A stretch of DNA of 63,335 nt, filler included, from Phoronis australis (GCA_002633005.1; 10 parts of 10 records of this genome joined end to end with filler, not necessarily neighbours in it); one strand, 5' to 3'; shown: positions 37,587-50,630, numbered from the whole stretch's first letter. Numbers and translations: made by a program. Notes: a model not told the origin generated them from the sequence alone.

Positions 37587-38404
37587 GGGCTGTTCCAGTA
37601 AAATCCGTGTGGGGGACGGCAGTAGAAATAAAAATTCATGGGTGGTGGTCTTCAGAAAAAAAAACAAATTATGGGTGGTTATTCCTTTAAGAAGTGATGC
37701 ATTTGAAATGGGTGGTATTTTTTACCAGTTAATGTTGACAGGTTGGTTACTTCAGCCAAACACATCTCCAAAGAAATCAAAACTCAAAAAATGCAATTGG
37801 CATGTATCTTAACTTATCCCAAAAAAGCCCATATTGCCAGTGAACAGAGTGCAATACGTTCACTAAGCCATTTATCAAGTCATGGGCAACTTGATTTGAG
37901 CCAACTTTTTGTCTGCAGTCCTATTGAATTGAAAAGTTATGCAACACTAAACTGGTGTTAACACATATAAGAAAATTGATGATTTTTAAATAAAAAGTAT
38001 GAGGAGTAAGATTCACAAGTTCCAATATTCACTTGACATAGAAGTACAAAAGAGTTCGTGGAGACAGTTTGAGATTCATAGATCCTTATAATTGAAAAAA
38101 TGTTCATTGAAATTATAGACACATGGTGAACAGAGACACCTGGTGGCTGCCAAAAGTATTGCTCACAGGCTACTTTAGTTTTTGACAATATTGGACAAGA
38201 CAACTAGTTCTTGTCTGTCAATCATCGAAGTTCTTAACTGGTCCTCCTGGTGGCAATTTGTTTGCAAGTGTTGGATTTTAACCTATTAAAAATAAATAAA
38301 AAATTATGGGTCATGGGTTGGAGAAATAAATGAAAAATATGGGCGGTGGGTACGAAATAAAAGTGCCTTCCCCCCCTCCCATACAGATTTTGCTGGAACA
38401 GCCC
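37587..38404. mobile_element. PIF/Harbinger-type MITE in the NDUFB1 upstream intron
   Basis: TIRs GGGCTGTTCCAGTAAAATC / GATTTTGCTGGAACAGCCC with a 3-bp TGA duplication on both sides. Confidence 0.8.
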
Positions 38405-38923
38405 TGAGATTTTCCGTGAGTTGGTCTGTCCATTTTTTTCGTTACCGTTTGATGTGTACAATATTCAGAGTTCAAGCTTAGTCGAGAATACACCCAAACT
38501 CCCTAGAAATCTGAAAAAATATGGAACCTGAAGGTATGTACATTTTAAATGGTAGTACAGGATTCTTTTTAGGTATCCATTTTGCATGTTGGGTCATTGA
38601 ACTTGTGAGATGTATTGTAATGACCTGGCATTGCATTAACCCGCTTTAAGATGACACATGTCAAGCCTGTTGAAAGGTTAAAATTATTGGTGGAACAGTT
38701 ATATGAACTTCGTTAAACAAACCCCCTCCCCCCGTTATTTTAATTTCAAAACCTCTGTTCTACTCCGTTCCCGCGCCCTGCAGGTCGTCAAATTTCCAAA
38801 GTCCCCAATCATTCTTATTACCCCCTTTCTCGTTCCACACACCCTTTTGTCACCTCGTCATCCATACGTCAGTGTTTTCTTTTTCTTGATTTTTGTTTTT
38901 ATGCCTTATCCTTTCCAGACAAA

Positions 38924-39106
38924 ATGCCTGGCTCCCTCTACCATATAACACAGAAGATCGTCCTTCCCTTCTCCTTAGCGGCTGGCACCTTTCTATTGGG
39001 ACATTACCTGGATAGGCGCAATGATGAGAGGTACACAGACTTCAGGAATAAGAGCAGCCTATATGGTGGCAGAGACTTGAAACCTGGTCAGAAGGCCTGG
39101 AGTTAG
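38924..39106 (+). CDS. NDUFB1: NADH dehydrogenase 1 beta subcomplex subunit 1 (MNLL)
   Basis: 60 aa; TM segment followed by GHYLDRRNDERYTDFRNKSSLYGGRDLKPG, matching the MNLL signature [25 protein letters not shown].P. Long polypyrimidine tract and CAG acceptor at 38918, 5 nt before the ATG. Confidence 0.93.
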   Translation: MPGSLYHITQKIVLPFSLAAGTFLLGHYLDRRNDERYTDFRNKSSLYGGRDLKPGQKAWS

Positions 39107-40457
39107 AAGATGTACAGCCGAACTTGGGTGTTTGTGTGTGCGTCATTATGTGGGCCTCTTTCTAGTAGATAGCTACTCACGTTTTGTTGACTTCAGTGTC
39201 CATACAGAAACTTTTTCAATGTTCTACTAGATTTACCGACATCAACTTAAAGATCTATGATCAGTTTAGTATTGTAATGATTGAGGATTGATAACAACGC
39301 GTGCTGTAATATATCTCGTTACAAAAACGAACAAAGGGTTATTTGTCAGTCAGTTCCTGGTAACTACATTGTTGACACAATTCTCTGTACCAGGAAATGA
39401 TGAAGAGATGTGTTCAGTTTATTAATTCCCATGCCGTTATAATTTCATGGTTTCTTCACAAATATCAGACATCAGAAACTGGTTGGTGCGGTGATGTGAA
39501 CTATGTTTTCACTAAGAGTTCACTATATGTAAGAGGAAATGGGCACACAGTTTGTTTTAGTTGTTTACTTTCACAAAAATATGATAATTGTGTAAACTAG
39601 GNNNNNNNNNNNNNNNNNNNNNNNNNNNNNNNNNNNNNNNNNNNNTTAATTAATTAANNNNNNNNNNNNNNNNNNNNNNNNNNNNNNNNNNNNNNNNNNN
39701 NTATAAATGTTAGACAAGTCATGACAAAGATGAGGCTTTTCATTTTTGCTTCTTTTCCCATCGTTCTCCATTTTGGCCAGACTGGAGGAATGTTTGTTTA
39801 AGTTAATATTTTGCTCCATTGTCATCATTATTTGTTTAGGATCTTCGCAACCTGTTTTGATTGGCAGAAACTTGTTCAGTTTTCGTCGCAACGAATTTGC
39901 CTTACTTGTATCGAGTTCGAAAACTAGTGCAACAAGTTAAAACTTTTTGCAGAATGATCATTGTTCAAGAAAATTAGGAGTCTTTGGACGTTTGACATCT
40001 GTGTCGTGCACTGATTCCAGGACTTTACTTTATTCCACAGTATGGATTTTGGACATGGACTATTCAACCTGTGGGTGAAGTTTGTGAAGTTTGTGGAATT
40101 TGGAGTTTAAGCAGCTATCGTACTAGCCAATACTGGCTAATGGGCCTGGACTAAAAAGTTATTAGACAGCTATAGGGTTGCATTATGATACAAAAATGTC
40201 CACATTACTTTCATCTTCTGTTACCTTGACTGATGTGTCTTGCATCTGGCTAGCCTTTGTGAACACGTCCACTTTTTTCATTGGAAAGTTAGAGATTCCC
40301 CCCCATTCTCAGTATAAATGTCAACACTCAAGTCTGCTGTTTCCCCTCCATTGAGGCCCCACTCTCACCTTGGTGGAAAACATGCCTGTGTCGTGAGCAA
40401 GGGAATTTTCTTCTGTGGAGCAAAATCGGGGAAACCCTGCTGATTTACTGACTTGTA

Positions 40458-40939
40458 CAGGGCTTGGAATGACCAATGACAAAAAACGCGGAAACTTTTA
40501 CGGCCCAAATCGTGCCCGATAACCAGCCTTTGAAATGTTCAATGTGAACCTTTCCGCGACAAAAAAAAAAAAAACGTTACCACCATCAGTAGCATGCGTC
40601 TGCGTCCTTTTCGCTCGCCCGTGCACTCCCAACCCACCCAAATTTGGCTGCAGAGCGGTAGTATTTGTCGCCGCGCTTAACAATAACACGAGCCGCCATT
40701 GAAAATCACACNGCTTTACCCAGATGCCCCGGCAATGTTGACAATTTACGTTCCTCCGAAACATAAAGACTTCCGCTTTCCGAGGTGAATGTCGTCTGCA
40801 ACGCCGCGGTAAGAAAGGAATTTGCCGCGGAAATTTCGTATCAAATCCGATTTTTTTACGCGGAAATATTATAAAAAAAGCGGAAAGCACATTTCAAAAA
40901 AGCGGAAATCCGCGTTTCCGCGGAAAATTCCAAGCCCTG
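40458..40939. mobile_element. hAT-like MITE
   Basis: Perfect TIRs CAGGGCTTGGAAT / ATTCCAAGCCCTG with repeated GCGGAAA subterminal motifs. No clean TSD. Confidence 0.75.
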
Positions 40940-41119
40940 GGGACTAGAACCAACAACCTCGAGTAAAAGAAGTGGACACTAACTCACTGCCTCCTCATGT
41001 ACTAAACATTCGTGGATTTGTGAAAAACAATTCAGATTTCCAACCAAATAATATATAACCATGACTGCGATGGTAAAATTTGGTATTAAAAGTATTTATA
41101 TCACTGCATTGGCACTCAC

Positions 41120-41195
41120 AAGATAGGTCAAGGTCTTAAGCAGGTTGTCATACATCTCGCTGGTTGTCGTCATGTGAGCGAGAGTGTCTGGATAG
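41120..41195 (-). CDS. Isolated candidate exon (YPDTLAHMTTTSEMYDNLLKTLTYL)
   Basis: Acceptor ttcttatccattgcag, donor GTGAGT and one open frame. No homolog recognised. Confidence 0.35.
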
Positions 41196-44100
41196 CTGCA
41201 ATGGATAAGAAATCAGCTATGGTCTGCTTACAAAACAAGGCAATAAAACAAGTAATTTTTATTAGTAGTGTGAAGTTATACGACAGTCACATGGAATTTT
41301 TACAAGAAGGTAGATAAGACGCCTGGTCAGTAGTGGTCAGTAGGGGGCAAATCAGTCTCTTAAAACGAGCAAAGTACGGTCATTGGAATGAAGTGTTCTC
41401 ACATTTGTAAAGAGTACGTAGTCTCACTTAGGGGCAGACAAAAAAAAAACAAAGATGAGATGTCCGACAACATTTCACATGTGAAATTTTCAGATGGACG
41501 ACCAGACATCCAATCTGCCTTCTGGTCCAATGACATGAAAATAATGATGTTAAAAAAGAACCCGGTGATTGCTGGAACTGCACTAAAATGTGTCCTGCAT
41601 TATTACTCTAACAGATAAAAAGAGCAACGCAGAGCGTTGAAATGCTCCCACGAATGCACTCCAAACAGTGTGCTACTAAGGTGTTTATTTTGATCATGGT
41701 GAAACGTATTTCGAATCCATCAAAAAACAAGTAAATGACACTGATTTTTAACAGAAAGATATGTGACGGGACGTTCGTAACTTTATTGTTATTCTTATTT
41801 AGTTGCAAATGTTCAGTTATTCTTATGCTAATGTCTTNNNNNNNNNNNNNNNNNNNNNNNNNNNNNNNNNNNNNNNNNNNNTTAATTAATTAANNNNNNN
41901 NNNNNNNNNNNNNNNNNNNNNNNNNNNNNNNNNNNNNCGCAGCAAAAAACAAAAACGCTATGGGGCGTTTACGGGTGTTCCAGCGGACATTTGTGGCCTA
42001 GGCCTAGACGACATGCTTTATTTTAGGATGTCCCACTTTTTCAATTCAGGCGAGTGTCCCGTTTTTTCCACCTGGAATGTTGGCAAATATGCGTGACTAA
42101 ATACGACGCCAGCGGACGGTGAGGCACAGGTTTCCGACAAATATCTGTAAGGGCGCACACATAAGAACCCAACAATGCTCTTTGGTCTTACTACGCCACG
42201 GTATCTCATACAACGCCACAAGTAAACATCACCCGACTATGCGAGAGCATCCAGTGACAAACACGAATATGATAACAATGCTACCACCCCATTGAAGTTG
42301 CGTCAAGTTGCAAAAGATGTTTATTAACGTGACAACTCTTCTTGTGCACCGTTTCAGTCTAAATGAGTTAAAGAGACAGCCGTCCAAGAATCCATGAAAG
42401 GGTTAGGTTTAGCGAGTTAATCTCCACAAAAGGGATGTACTGGAACGAAAATCCATGAAAGAGTTAATTTTCCCTTCTTCGATTCTATTCTCTCTGTATG
42501 GGTGGGTATCTTAATTTTTCACGAATGGCTCCGTCAATAAATAGAGTATCCCCGCTGAAGAGGGACGAACTGACCCGAGCCGGTCAGTTGACCAACTAAA
42601 AAAAAAAAAACAAGCCAACCACCAAAAGTTAGGTGCACGTTGGGCATACGAAATTCAATTTATTAAGGCTTTGGTGTGCTCTGGTCAAGGGACCGGACGT
42701 TTTGAAGGTGGAATTTTATTTTACGAATCAAAAACGTTTTGCAAATCAATTCAATGCTGTTCGAAAAGAGCGGTTATTCGCGAAATGTTTTTTTTTTCAG
42801 AATCGTCGAAGTCACTGGACTAACAGGTCACCGAACAAACCACTGCGAGTCTTAAGTTGTTTCTGCCGCCGCGTCCCTGTCTCCATAACCCAACCGGTGA
42901 ATTACGAGGTGGTGCTTGACCCACAGTACAAACAAGACCGGAGACCCTGCGGAGTCAATTAGCTGAAATCAATAGTTCCGAGTGTGCTGTTCAGACTACC
43001 AAATCAGACATATCACAACAAAGAAGTATGACACGATTGNACCAATAATTTCGATAACAGATAATTTCTTGGGGCCGTTGCCAACTGGACAATACGCAAA
43101 CACGCACTCTAATTACCGCACGCTAGGGTTCCAGACGTCGGTTAGGTTCCGCTGAAGAAAAACGTTTCATAATTTTTTGTTTTTGTGTTTGAAAAAAAAA
43201 GATTACTACTATCGAAACTGTTGTGACTACGAAATGTTGAATTTGATCATTTGAAGCGGCTATAAATCACGCCTTCTATCACAAAAACATCTTTTGATTT
43301 AGACCATGTGCCGGGCAGTGAAATTAGGCTTAGATTATCACGACTTCGAAAGTCATGACAATGTTATAGCTGAAGACTAGACCGACGACTAACATCATGA
43401 TACAGTTAGTTCTTTGCAAACCACTTCTCTGAGCGATTTAGGAACAAATTGAAGCCGAAAATTTCAGCGGTAAGTCGGATCAAGTGAAACAACGGAAAAA
43501 CAATACCTTAGCGATTGATTCTAGATTCAGTGCCAATTTGTGGGAGAGGGTTGCAGGAAGACCGTACTCTCCTCTAGACACCACCATGCCGTTTTTGGAT
43601 GATACACGGACGATTTTCTACATTTAGAAAATTGTAATTCCGTACAGTAGACTTTCAGGGTGAGTACAAACAAGATCATTTCCTACACAGGCACAGGCGT
43701 AAAATCACAAAAAAATATTGATGATACTGTTATTTGGTGTATTGAGAACGAAACCCACAGATTGAAGATATTGGAGTCTGCTTGTATACCTTAGTCACAT
43801 AAAACATTTGACGCCGATCCGATGAGTTTGCGGCAGACCAACGGTGATATCTATCGTTGGCCAAATGGGTGAACGTTACGCACGTAAATTACGCGCGTAA
43901 ATTAATTATTAAATGCGTAAATTACATTTTAACGGCGTAAAGTAATTATTTGCGACATAAAGTAAGTTTTAACGGCGTAAAGTAATTATTTACGTGCGTA
44001 ATCATAGGCGGATTTAGGGGGGGGGGGGGNNNNNNNNNNNNNNNNNNNNNNNNNNNNNNNNNNNNNNNNNNNNTTAATTAATTAANNNNNNNNNNNNNNN

Positions 44101-45267
44101 NNNNNNNNNNNNNNNNNNNNNNNNNNNNNAAAGTACCTGAAATCCTCATTAAATTTTATAAGTAGCGTCTCTAAGGTTCTTAAGTTCCCGTGGAGTCTGG
44201 ATTAATGGCAGGTTAAGTATAAATCTGTGCAACATCGTGCCATCTACATGTATGATCGGCAACACGGCGAGAAAAATGTCTGCCAGTGGCCGAACAAACA
44301 AGTTGTTGTCACGTGACGTTTGTTTTGAAGTTCGTCTGCAAGTAAGCGAGCGCGTGCGTGTTACCAGAGTTCATTTGCCCAAGCAGAGACCGTCTCCGGC
44401 CAGAGCCACGCAATCTAACTAGCTAGATGTGTCTAAAGAAATTTGCACAAGCAGTAGACCTAAACCAGAGCGTGTTTCATTCAGCACTTGCCGGTCTCGT
44501 GCTAATACAATAACTTTCGACATTTGTCTCGGGAAGGCCCATATTAGTTGCCGTGTAGCTGGATGCGTACGTAACTATCTGACAGTTATTTTTCGGTGTA
44601 AGGGTGGCTAAGCATTCACTATCAGTTGTCATTTTATCGGATATTCGGCTTAATAACACCAATTACGGTTAATCAAACTATCCATCTCAAAAATAGCGCA
44701 AACATGTTGATAGTATTAGAAATTGTCGGAAATTAGTTCCAATATTCATTTCTTATCGATGCTATGCTACCCGNTATGTATTTTGGCAAATACACTAGCC
44801 AAAACAGTGTAGGTCTCAATGAATTTTTGTCTTTTTTGGTTTACTTAATTCGTGATCCTTGAAAAAGGAAATTTTAGAGTATCTGTCTAAGAAGTCTGAA
44901 GGTGCTTCACAATAAACAAAATATAATCGAAAATGTTAAAAGTCTGAATGTTTAGTTTCTTTGGTGTTTATAATACTACTTTCTTTTACAACAAATTGTT
45001 TCATTGTGAAATTGTTAAAACATGCCTGAAGTGAATGTCCTGTTATTTTGTGACAATAGAACTCTTAACAGAGCATTGTAGCTGTCGTATAGGCCACCCT
45101 CGCAGTTGTCCATTTTGTGGTGTGGAAGTTAAGCAAAAGATGTCTTCACTTGTAGAAATTTTCTTATAAAGTGCTGAGTAGAATACCAACAGCAGAAGTC
45201 TTAATTCTGAGTCTGGTCTTGTAGAAAACCAACAGCAAAAGTCTTAATTCTGAGTCTGATCTTGTAG

Positions 45268-45342
45268 AATACCAACAGCACAAGTCTAATTCTGAGCAAG
45301 TGGCCCCAGGAGCTGGAATTGACTTGGAATTTGAAACTGATG
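45268..45342 (+). CDS. CSTF1: CSTF1 exon (YQQHKSNSEQVAPGAGIDLEFETD)
   Basis: Matches the CstF-50 linker VAPGTGIDLEFDAD; tcttgtag acceptor, G|GTGAGT donor, phase 1-1. Confidence 0.85.
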
Positions 45343-45469
45343 GTGAGTTTAGCTGAAGGATTTTTAATGTCTAATTTTAAAATGTGAGTTTTTTATGTTT
45401 GAACGTGAGAAACCATTGTGCGGGCTTTTTTTCCAGAAGCTATTGTATGTATCCTATGCACCTATGTTA

Positions 45470-45640
45470 GTGATGTGCTGTGGGCTGCATTTCCAACTGG
45501 AGAAAATTGGATGATCTTGACAAATATCCATGGACTGTGCGATGTTATGTTCTTTACCTTCCGACATCAATCAAAGACAAAAAAATGCAAAGCGAGTGGA
45601 TAAAGCAAGTTCATTGGGCCAATTTTGAACCGAGCATAAT
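45470..45640 (+). pseudogene. THAP-domain transposon remnant in a CSTF1 intron
   Basis: CAVGCISN...LPTSIKDKKMQSEWIKQVHWANFEPS resembles THAP C.A.GC.N...FP...KD....WI..V.R.NF.P. Confidence 0.55.
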
Positions 45641-45876
45641 CCTCTTTCTTGAATATACCTTTCAATTCTGGTACTTCTAAACATTTGAAAACGGCAATAT
45701 TTAAACAACCATAATCCTGACTGCTTCTAACATAACCTGTGAAAATGTGCCAGATCAATGTAAACAACGCACTTCCTAAACCTCCAGGACATAAGAGCGT
45801 TCAATCCATTTCAATTTCTAAATAAATGAAACAATACATAACTGATGAATAATGACACTGATCACTTTCATAAATA

Positions 45877-46967
45877 CCGTATTCGCCGTAATAACCGCCC
45901 AGGGCGCTTAGAAAAGTTCGGTTCAGGGGGGGNNNNNNNNNNNNNNNNNNNNNNNNNNNNNNNNNNNNNNNNNNNNNNNNNNNNNNNNNNNNNNNNNNNN
46001 NNNNNNNNNNNNNNNNNNNNNNNNNNNNNNNNNNNNNNNNNNNNNNNNNNNNNNNNNNNNNNNNNNNNNNNNNNNNNNNNNNNNNNNNNNNNNNNNNNNN
46101 NNNNNNNNNNNNNNNNNNNNNNNNNNNNNNNNNNNNNNNNNNNNNNNNNNNNNNNNNNNNNNNNNNNNNNNNNNNNNNNNNNNNNNNNNNNNNNNNNNNN
46201 NNNNNNNNNNNNNNNNNNNNNNNNNNNNNNNNNNNNNNNNNNNNNNNNNNNNNNNNNNNNNNNNNNNNNNNNNNNNNNNNNNNNNNNNNNNNNNNNNNNN
46301 NNNNNNNNNNNNNNNNNNNNNNNNNNNNNNNNNNNNNNNNNNNNNNNNNNNNNNNNNNNNNNNNNNNNNNNNNNNNNNNNNNNNNNNNNNNNNNGTTGTC
46401 ATTTTATCGGATATTCGGCTTAATAACACCAATTACGGTTAATCAAACTATCCATCTCAAAAATAGCGCAAACATGTTGATAGTATTAGAAATTGTCGGA
46501 AATTAGTTCCAATATTCATTTCTTATCGATGCTATGCTACCCGCTTCATGAATGGATAGTTCCCAACTAATGTCTTTGATGACAGGTTATGTAGCGCGCG
46601 CTTCCTGGCCACGTGCGTTTAACACCGAGTTATTTTTGTTCATGAGACAGTCGATGTGTCTACTGAAAGGTCAGACCATGGGACACGGTCGTCGCGAGAG
46701 CGTAGCAACGCTGTTCCGTTCTTTTTGAAACGCTGCGTTACTTTGTCACGGCTAAATACAAACGTAGCAGTGCCGCTGGTGGTCTAGAAGACCCGTGCAA
46801 AAATTTTTTGATAAATTGAAGACGTTACTGTAGCCGAGGTTTAGGACTGTAGGTACGTCATTGTTCGCATGTACACGTTCATGGACTGGGCGCTTATTTC
46901 AGTAAAGTCTGAAAACGCGTGGGGGGGGCGCTTATAGGGGCATGGGCGGTTATTACGGCGAATACGG
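45877..46967. mobile_element. pogo/Tigger-like MITE spanning an internal gap
   Basis: Perfect TIR CCGTATTCGCCGTAATAACCGCCCA with TA on both sides. Confidence 0.85.
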
Positions 46968-47270
46968 TACTTGTAAATGGTGAGAGAACAATTTTCAGTT
47001 AGCCTCAAACTCACCACTCAAAATTCATTTAAGAAAATTCAATACGAATGAACTGCGCCATCTGGAATTTTTCTCCAATGACTGAATCGTCATATCGTGA
47101 TGACATGGATATCGTCTATGGGAAAGGTAATTGAAGTTTTGGCAAAGCTTCAGTGAGCCGAAGTTCTCCTGATGGGAAAGAAGCACCTTTGTAGTAGCTA
47201 CTCGCGTGTTGTAAATCTGACAAAATGCGTTGCACTGGCTTTGACATGTTCTTCATGCCTATACTTTCAG

Positions 47271-47363
47271 TTCAGACCATCTCGCCTGAAGCCTCAACAT
47301 ACGAGACATGTTATGTCACGGCACACAAAGCCCCCTGCCGAACAGCAGCGTTCAGTGCTACAG
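47271..47363 (+). CDS. CSTF1: CSTF1 exon ([31 protein letters not shown])
   Basis: Near-identical to CstF-50 [24 protein letters not shown]; canonical AG/GT. Confidence 0.95.
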
Positions 47364-47525
47364 GTAAACTGGTACCAATCAGTGTCTGTTGAGTAGACTT
47401 GTCACCTTGAAGACTACGGTGTTACTGGTTTCTAACTACGAATTTTGTTCGTCATTGTTTTTTTGGGCCGTTATTTGTATCTCAAGTCCTTCGTAAATTT
47501 AATTCATTAAAATCCATCTTTGCAG

Positions 47526-47566
47526 GTCAGCTTATTGCTACTGGCTCTGAGGATGCGTCTATAAAG
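47526..47566 (+). CDS. CSTF1: CSTF1 exon (GQLIATGSEDASIK)
   Basis: WD40 motif, phase-consistent, canonical splice sites. Confidence 0.95.
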
Positions 47567-48168
47567 GTATTATGTTTGAAAAATGTTGTTAGTAGTAATT
47601 AGTAAATGAAGTTCAATGAATGAATAGGAGAATTAGGTACTATGTCAATGTGATCCACATCCTTGACATTGTATGCTATCTTCATTATAGTTGAATTTTG
47701 ATTAATTTTTGCCCTGGCTTGTGTGCATTTCTCTAATTATACTGTTTTTATTACATTTGTTCTTTCTCTGTGACATTTTTCATGTAGTGCAAAAGTTGAT
47801 AATTCAAAGGTCCTGTAAGAAATTCATTTCCAAACGTTGCGAAGCTGTCTGGTTCATTTTACTGTGGAATGTCTCATTTCTGAAAAATTTGCCGTGTCAT
47901 TTTTCTGTTTTCTACCTCTGTTGTAAGTCATGACTCATTCATTGTTCAAGATCCTCAACAGAGGCAACATATTAAACAGTCACTATTTTTCAGTAGATGG
48001 AACCGGATGGCTTCCCAACTTCAACAGAAAATTTTAGGAAAGCGAGTCTCTTGAAGTTTTGAATTTTTACATTTTCATCTAAGTAGTACTTCAGCTGGGT
48101 GAATGACAATTTTGCTTGCTCCTTGTTCATGTAACTGATTGGCTCTACCCACGGTCATCCCATTGTAG

Positions 48169-48291
48169 ATCCTTGACGTTGACCGCATGCTGCTGAAGAG
48201 CTCCATGCCAGCTGAAATACTAGCACAGGAGACCCCCCAGCAGGCCATGGAGTCTCATCCCGTGATCAGGACTCTGTATGATCACTGCTCG
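48169..48291 (+). CDS. CSTF1: CSTF1 exon ([14 protein letters not shown]...[15 protein letters not shown])
   Basis: [10 protein letters not shown] signature of CstF-50; canonical splice sites. Confidence 0.95.
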
Positions 48292-49466
48292 GTATGTAGT
48301 TCTAGTAGAATGAACAGGCTAGTGTGCCATAAACCAAGTTTCTCGTGAGAAAAGAGAGATCACACAACACCACACAAAGTCGAGCGAGTGATGGGCCAGT
48401 GTTTCGCGAATTCACTAACTTCACCTAGCAAAATGGTGACCATTGAAGGGATTGGTCGTTTAGGCTGGAATGTTTAATTACGGGATTGAATTTATAGGTT
48501 ACGGGATAGTTTCTGTTCAATAAGTCAAGATTTCTTGCCTCAAATGCAGGCTAATGTCTCAGTGTGTACAGAACGCTGCCCAGGGTGGATGGTTTTACTA
48601 TTACTCACTAAATGTAACTGCATATGGCTAAACTGTTGCGTGTAGGATGTGTGTCTATCATTAGTTAGCGGGCTGATCAATATCAAACATCATTAGTTGA
48701 AGAGACCTCCCTGATGGCAGATGAAAGTCCATCATTGGTAGTCAAAGAGACCCCCCTGATTGCTGTTGAAAGTCCATCGTTAGTTAGCAGGACATGCCAT
48801 TTCTCACAATGGCAAGCGTCGATTGTTTTGATTTAATTTATTTGTAGTCTTCACTAGTAACCGAGCCATGAAATAAGAGAATATAACTAATTTCTATTGT
48901 TATATTGTGGTTGGTGTGGAGCTCAAAGGTATTACTTTTGACTGAATATACCTTACTTTGATGTTGGCCATTACTGTCCAGAAATCATTACGCTAGCACA
49001 GAACAGCAGGCAATTTGCATTATAATTGTGATACTTTTATCTGTGGAACATACTGGGAAATATCAGAAGATGAAATGTGTGGTTTTTATTTCTTTAGTTT
49101 TATTTTTTGTAATCTATCCAATGTGTCTTCTTATGATGTAATTGAGTCAAATAATGCAAAAACGCCACCTGGGGGGAACTCTGCACTTTTGCCTATTTAT
49201 ACCGCATTGTAGTATCATTTACTTCTCTAAATATCCCCAAAAGGAAGTTTTGATACTCGGCCACAAGATTAACCAGTTTACGCATTACATTTTACTATTG
49301 AAAAAGACATGTCTGCTTCCTTGTGTTATTACTGTAGGGTAGTATTTTTAATCATTGTCAAACTGCTGCGGTGGCTTCCATCAGGTCGTCATCTTAGAGT
49401 GTATGTGTAATGTTTGTTTGTACAAGAAATCACCTTAGAGTATAGGTGTAGTATTTGTTTTTTCAG

Positions 49467-49589
49467 GAAGTTACCTGCCTAGATTTTCACCCCTCAAGTC
49501 AAGTACTCGCTTCAGGAGGTCGTGATTTCACCGTGAAGTTCTTTGAATATTCCAAGCCATCTGTCAAAAAGGCGTATAAAAGTATTCAG
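49467..49589 (+). CDS. CSTF1: CSTF1 exon ([41 protein letters not shown])
   Basis: WD40 repeat colinear with CstF-50; phase 0-0. Confidence 0.95.
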
Positions 49590-50554
49590 GTAATAATAAG
49601 TTCAGGTATGAAACCACACATTACAAATATTTGAAGAGTAAATCGAATTTCAATTCAAGTCAGTTCAGTCTAAACTTATTTCCCACACAATTTTCTTTTA
49701 ACTTGTATCTTGTTCAACATGTGGTGTATTTTTTATGCCTGGCAGATTTGAATGGCACGAAATTTTAGTATTCATAAACCAATAACTAAATAATTAATGC
49801 TAATTACATACGGGTCTGTAATTTACAAAGTTTTCAGGACTTTGGTGTTTATGATTTGTTTTAATGATTGAAACTTGTTCTGTCCTAAATGTAATGAAAA
49901 CAACAGAACACAGAGTGTCTTTAAGGTAATGACCTGTTTGTCTTGTGGACTGCATTAAGAAACATTGTCAGTACATATTCATATTTATGTTGTATTCTTG
50001 AGTGGGGGACAATCATTGTATGATTCCTGATTAGAATGTTTAACTAAAGTTGGAAGCAGCTGTAAACCCGACTTCTGTCAAAAAGCTAACTCTTGTTTTA
50101 AGGTACTTTGCTTAAAATTTGATCCTAACTTGTACCTCACTCAGATTAGAGATGTTTCCTTGGTTAAAAAGAACTGACTGGTCATTAGTGCTTGAAATAA
50201 AATTAGCTTGTCGCAGCCGTTCATTTTATGTGGCCAGCTTTGCTTGAGATCAGGCTCTACAAGTTGCCTTGTCATGACAGGTCATATTCTGTGGCCAGCA
50301 TGATCTCAAGCACTTCTGAACTGTCAGTTCCTCCCTGGGCGAGAAATCATTCCTCATCTGATTAAAGGAGAAGTTAATGTCAGTTTGAAAATGGCCTGAA
50401 TAAAATAAGAAATTTGTTTTTTAGATGACTGAAAGATGATTTATTGAATTTCTTTTTATATGTATTGGCCCGTTTTGATTTTCTGGTGCTCATTCAGTAT
50501 AGGATCATTTCTCTCTTTTGAAGGATTTCTTCACAAATTTTAATTCTTTTCCAG

Positions 50555-50630
50555 GAATCTGCAGAAATCCAATGTTTAAGCTTCCACCCTTCTGGAGATT
50601 TCATTCTTGTTGGAACAAACCATCCAACTT
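50555..50630 (+). CDS. CSTF1: CSTF1 exon ([25 protein letters not shown])
   Basis: [13 protein letters not shown] is identical to CstF-50; GTAAGT donor. Confidence 0.95.

Noticed and set aside
45845-46432. Long ORFs of 192 and 169 aa
   Set aside because: Composed almost entirely of N-derived X residues.
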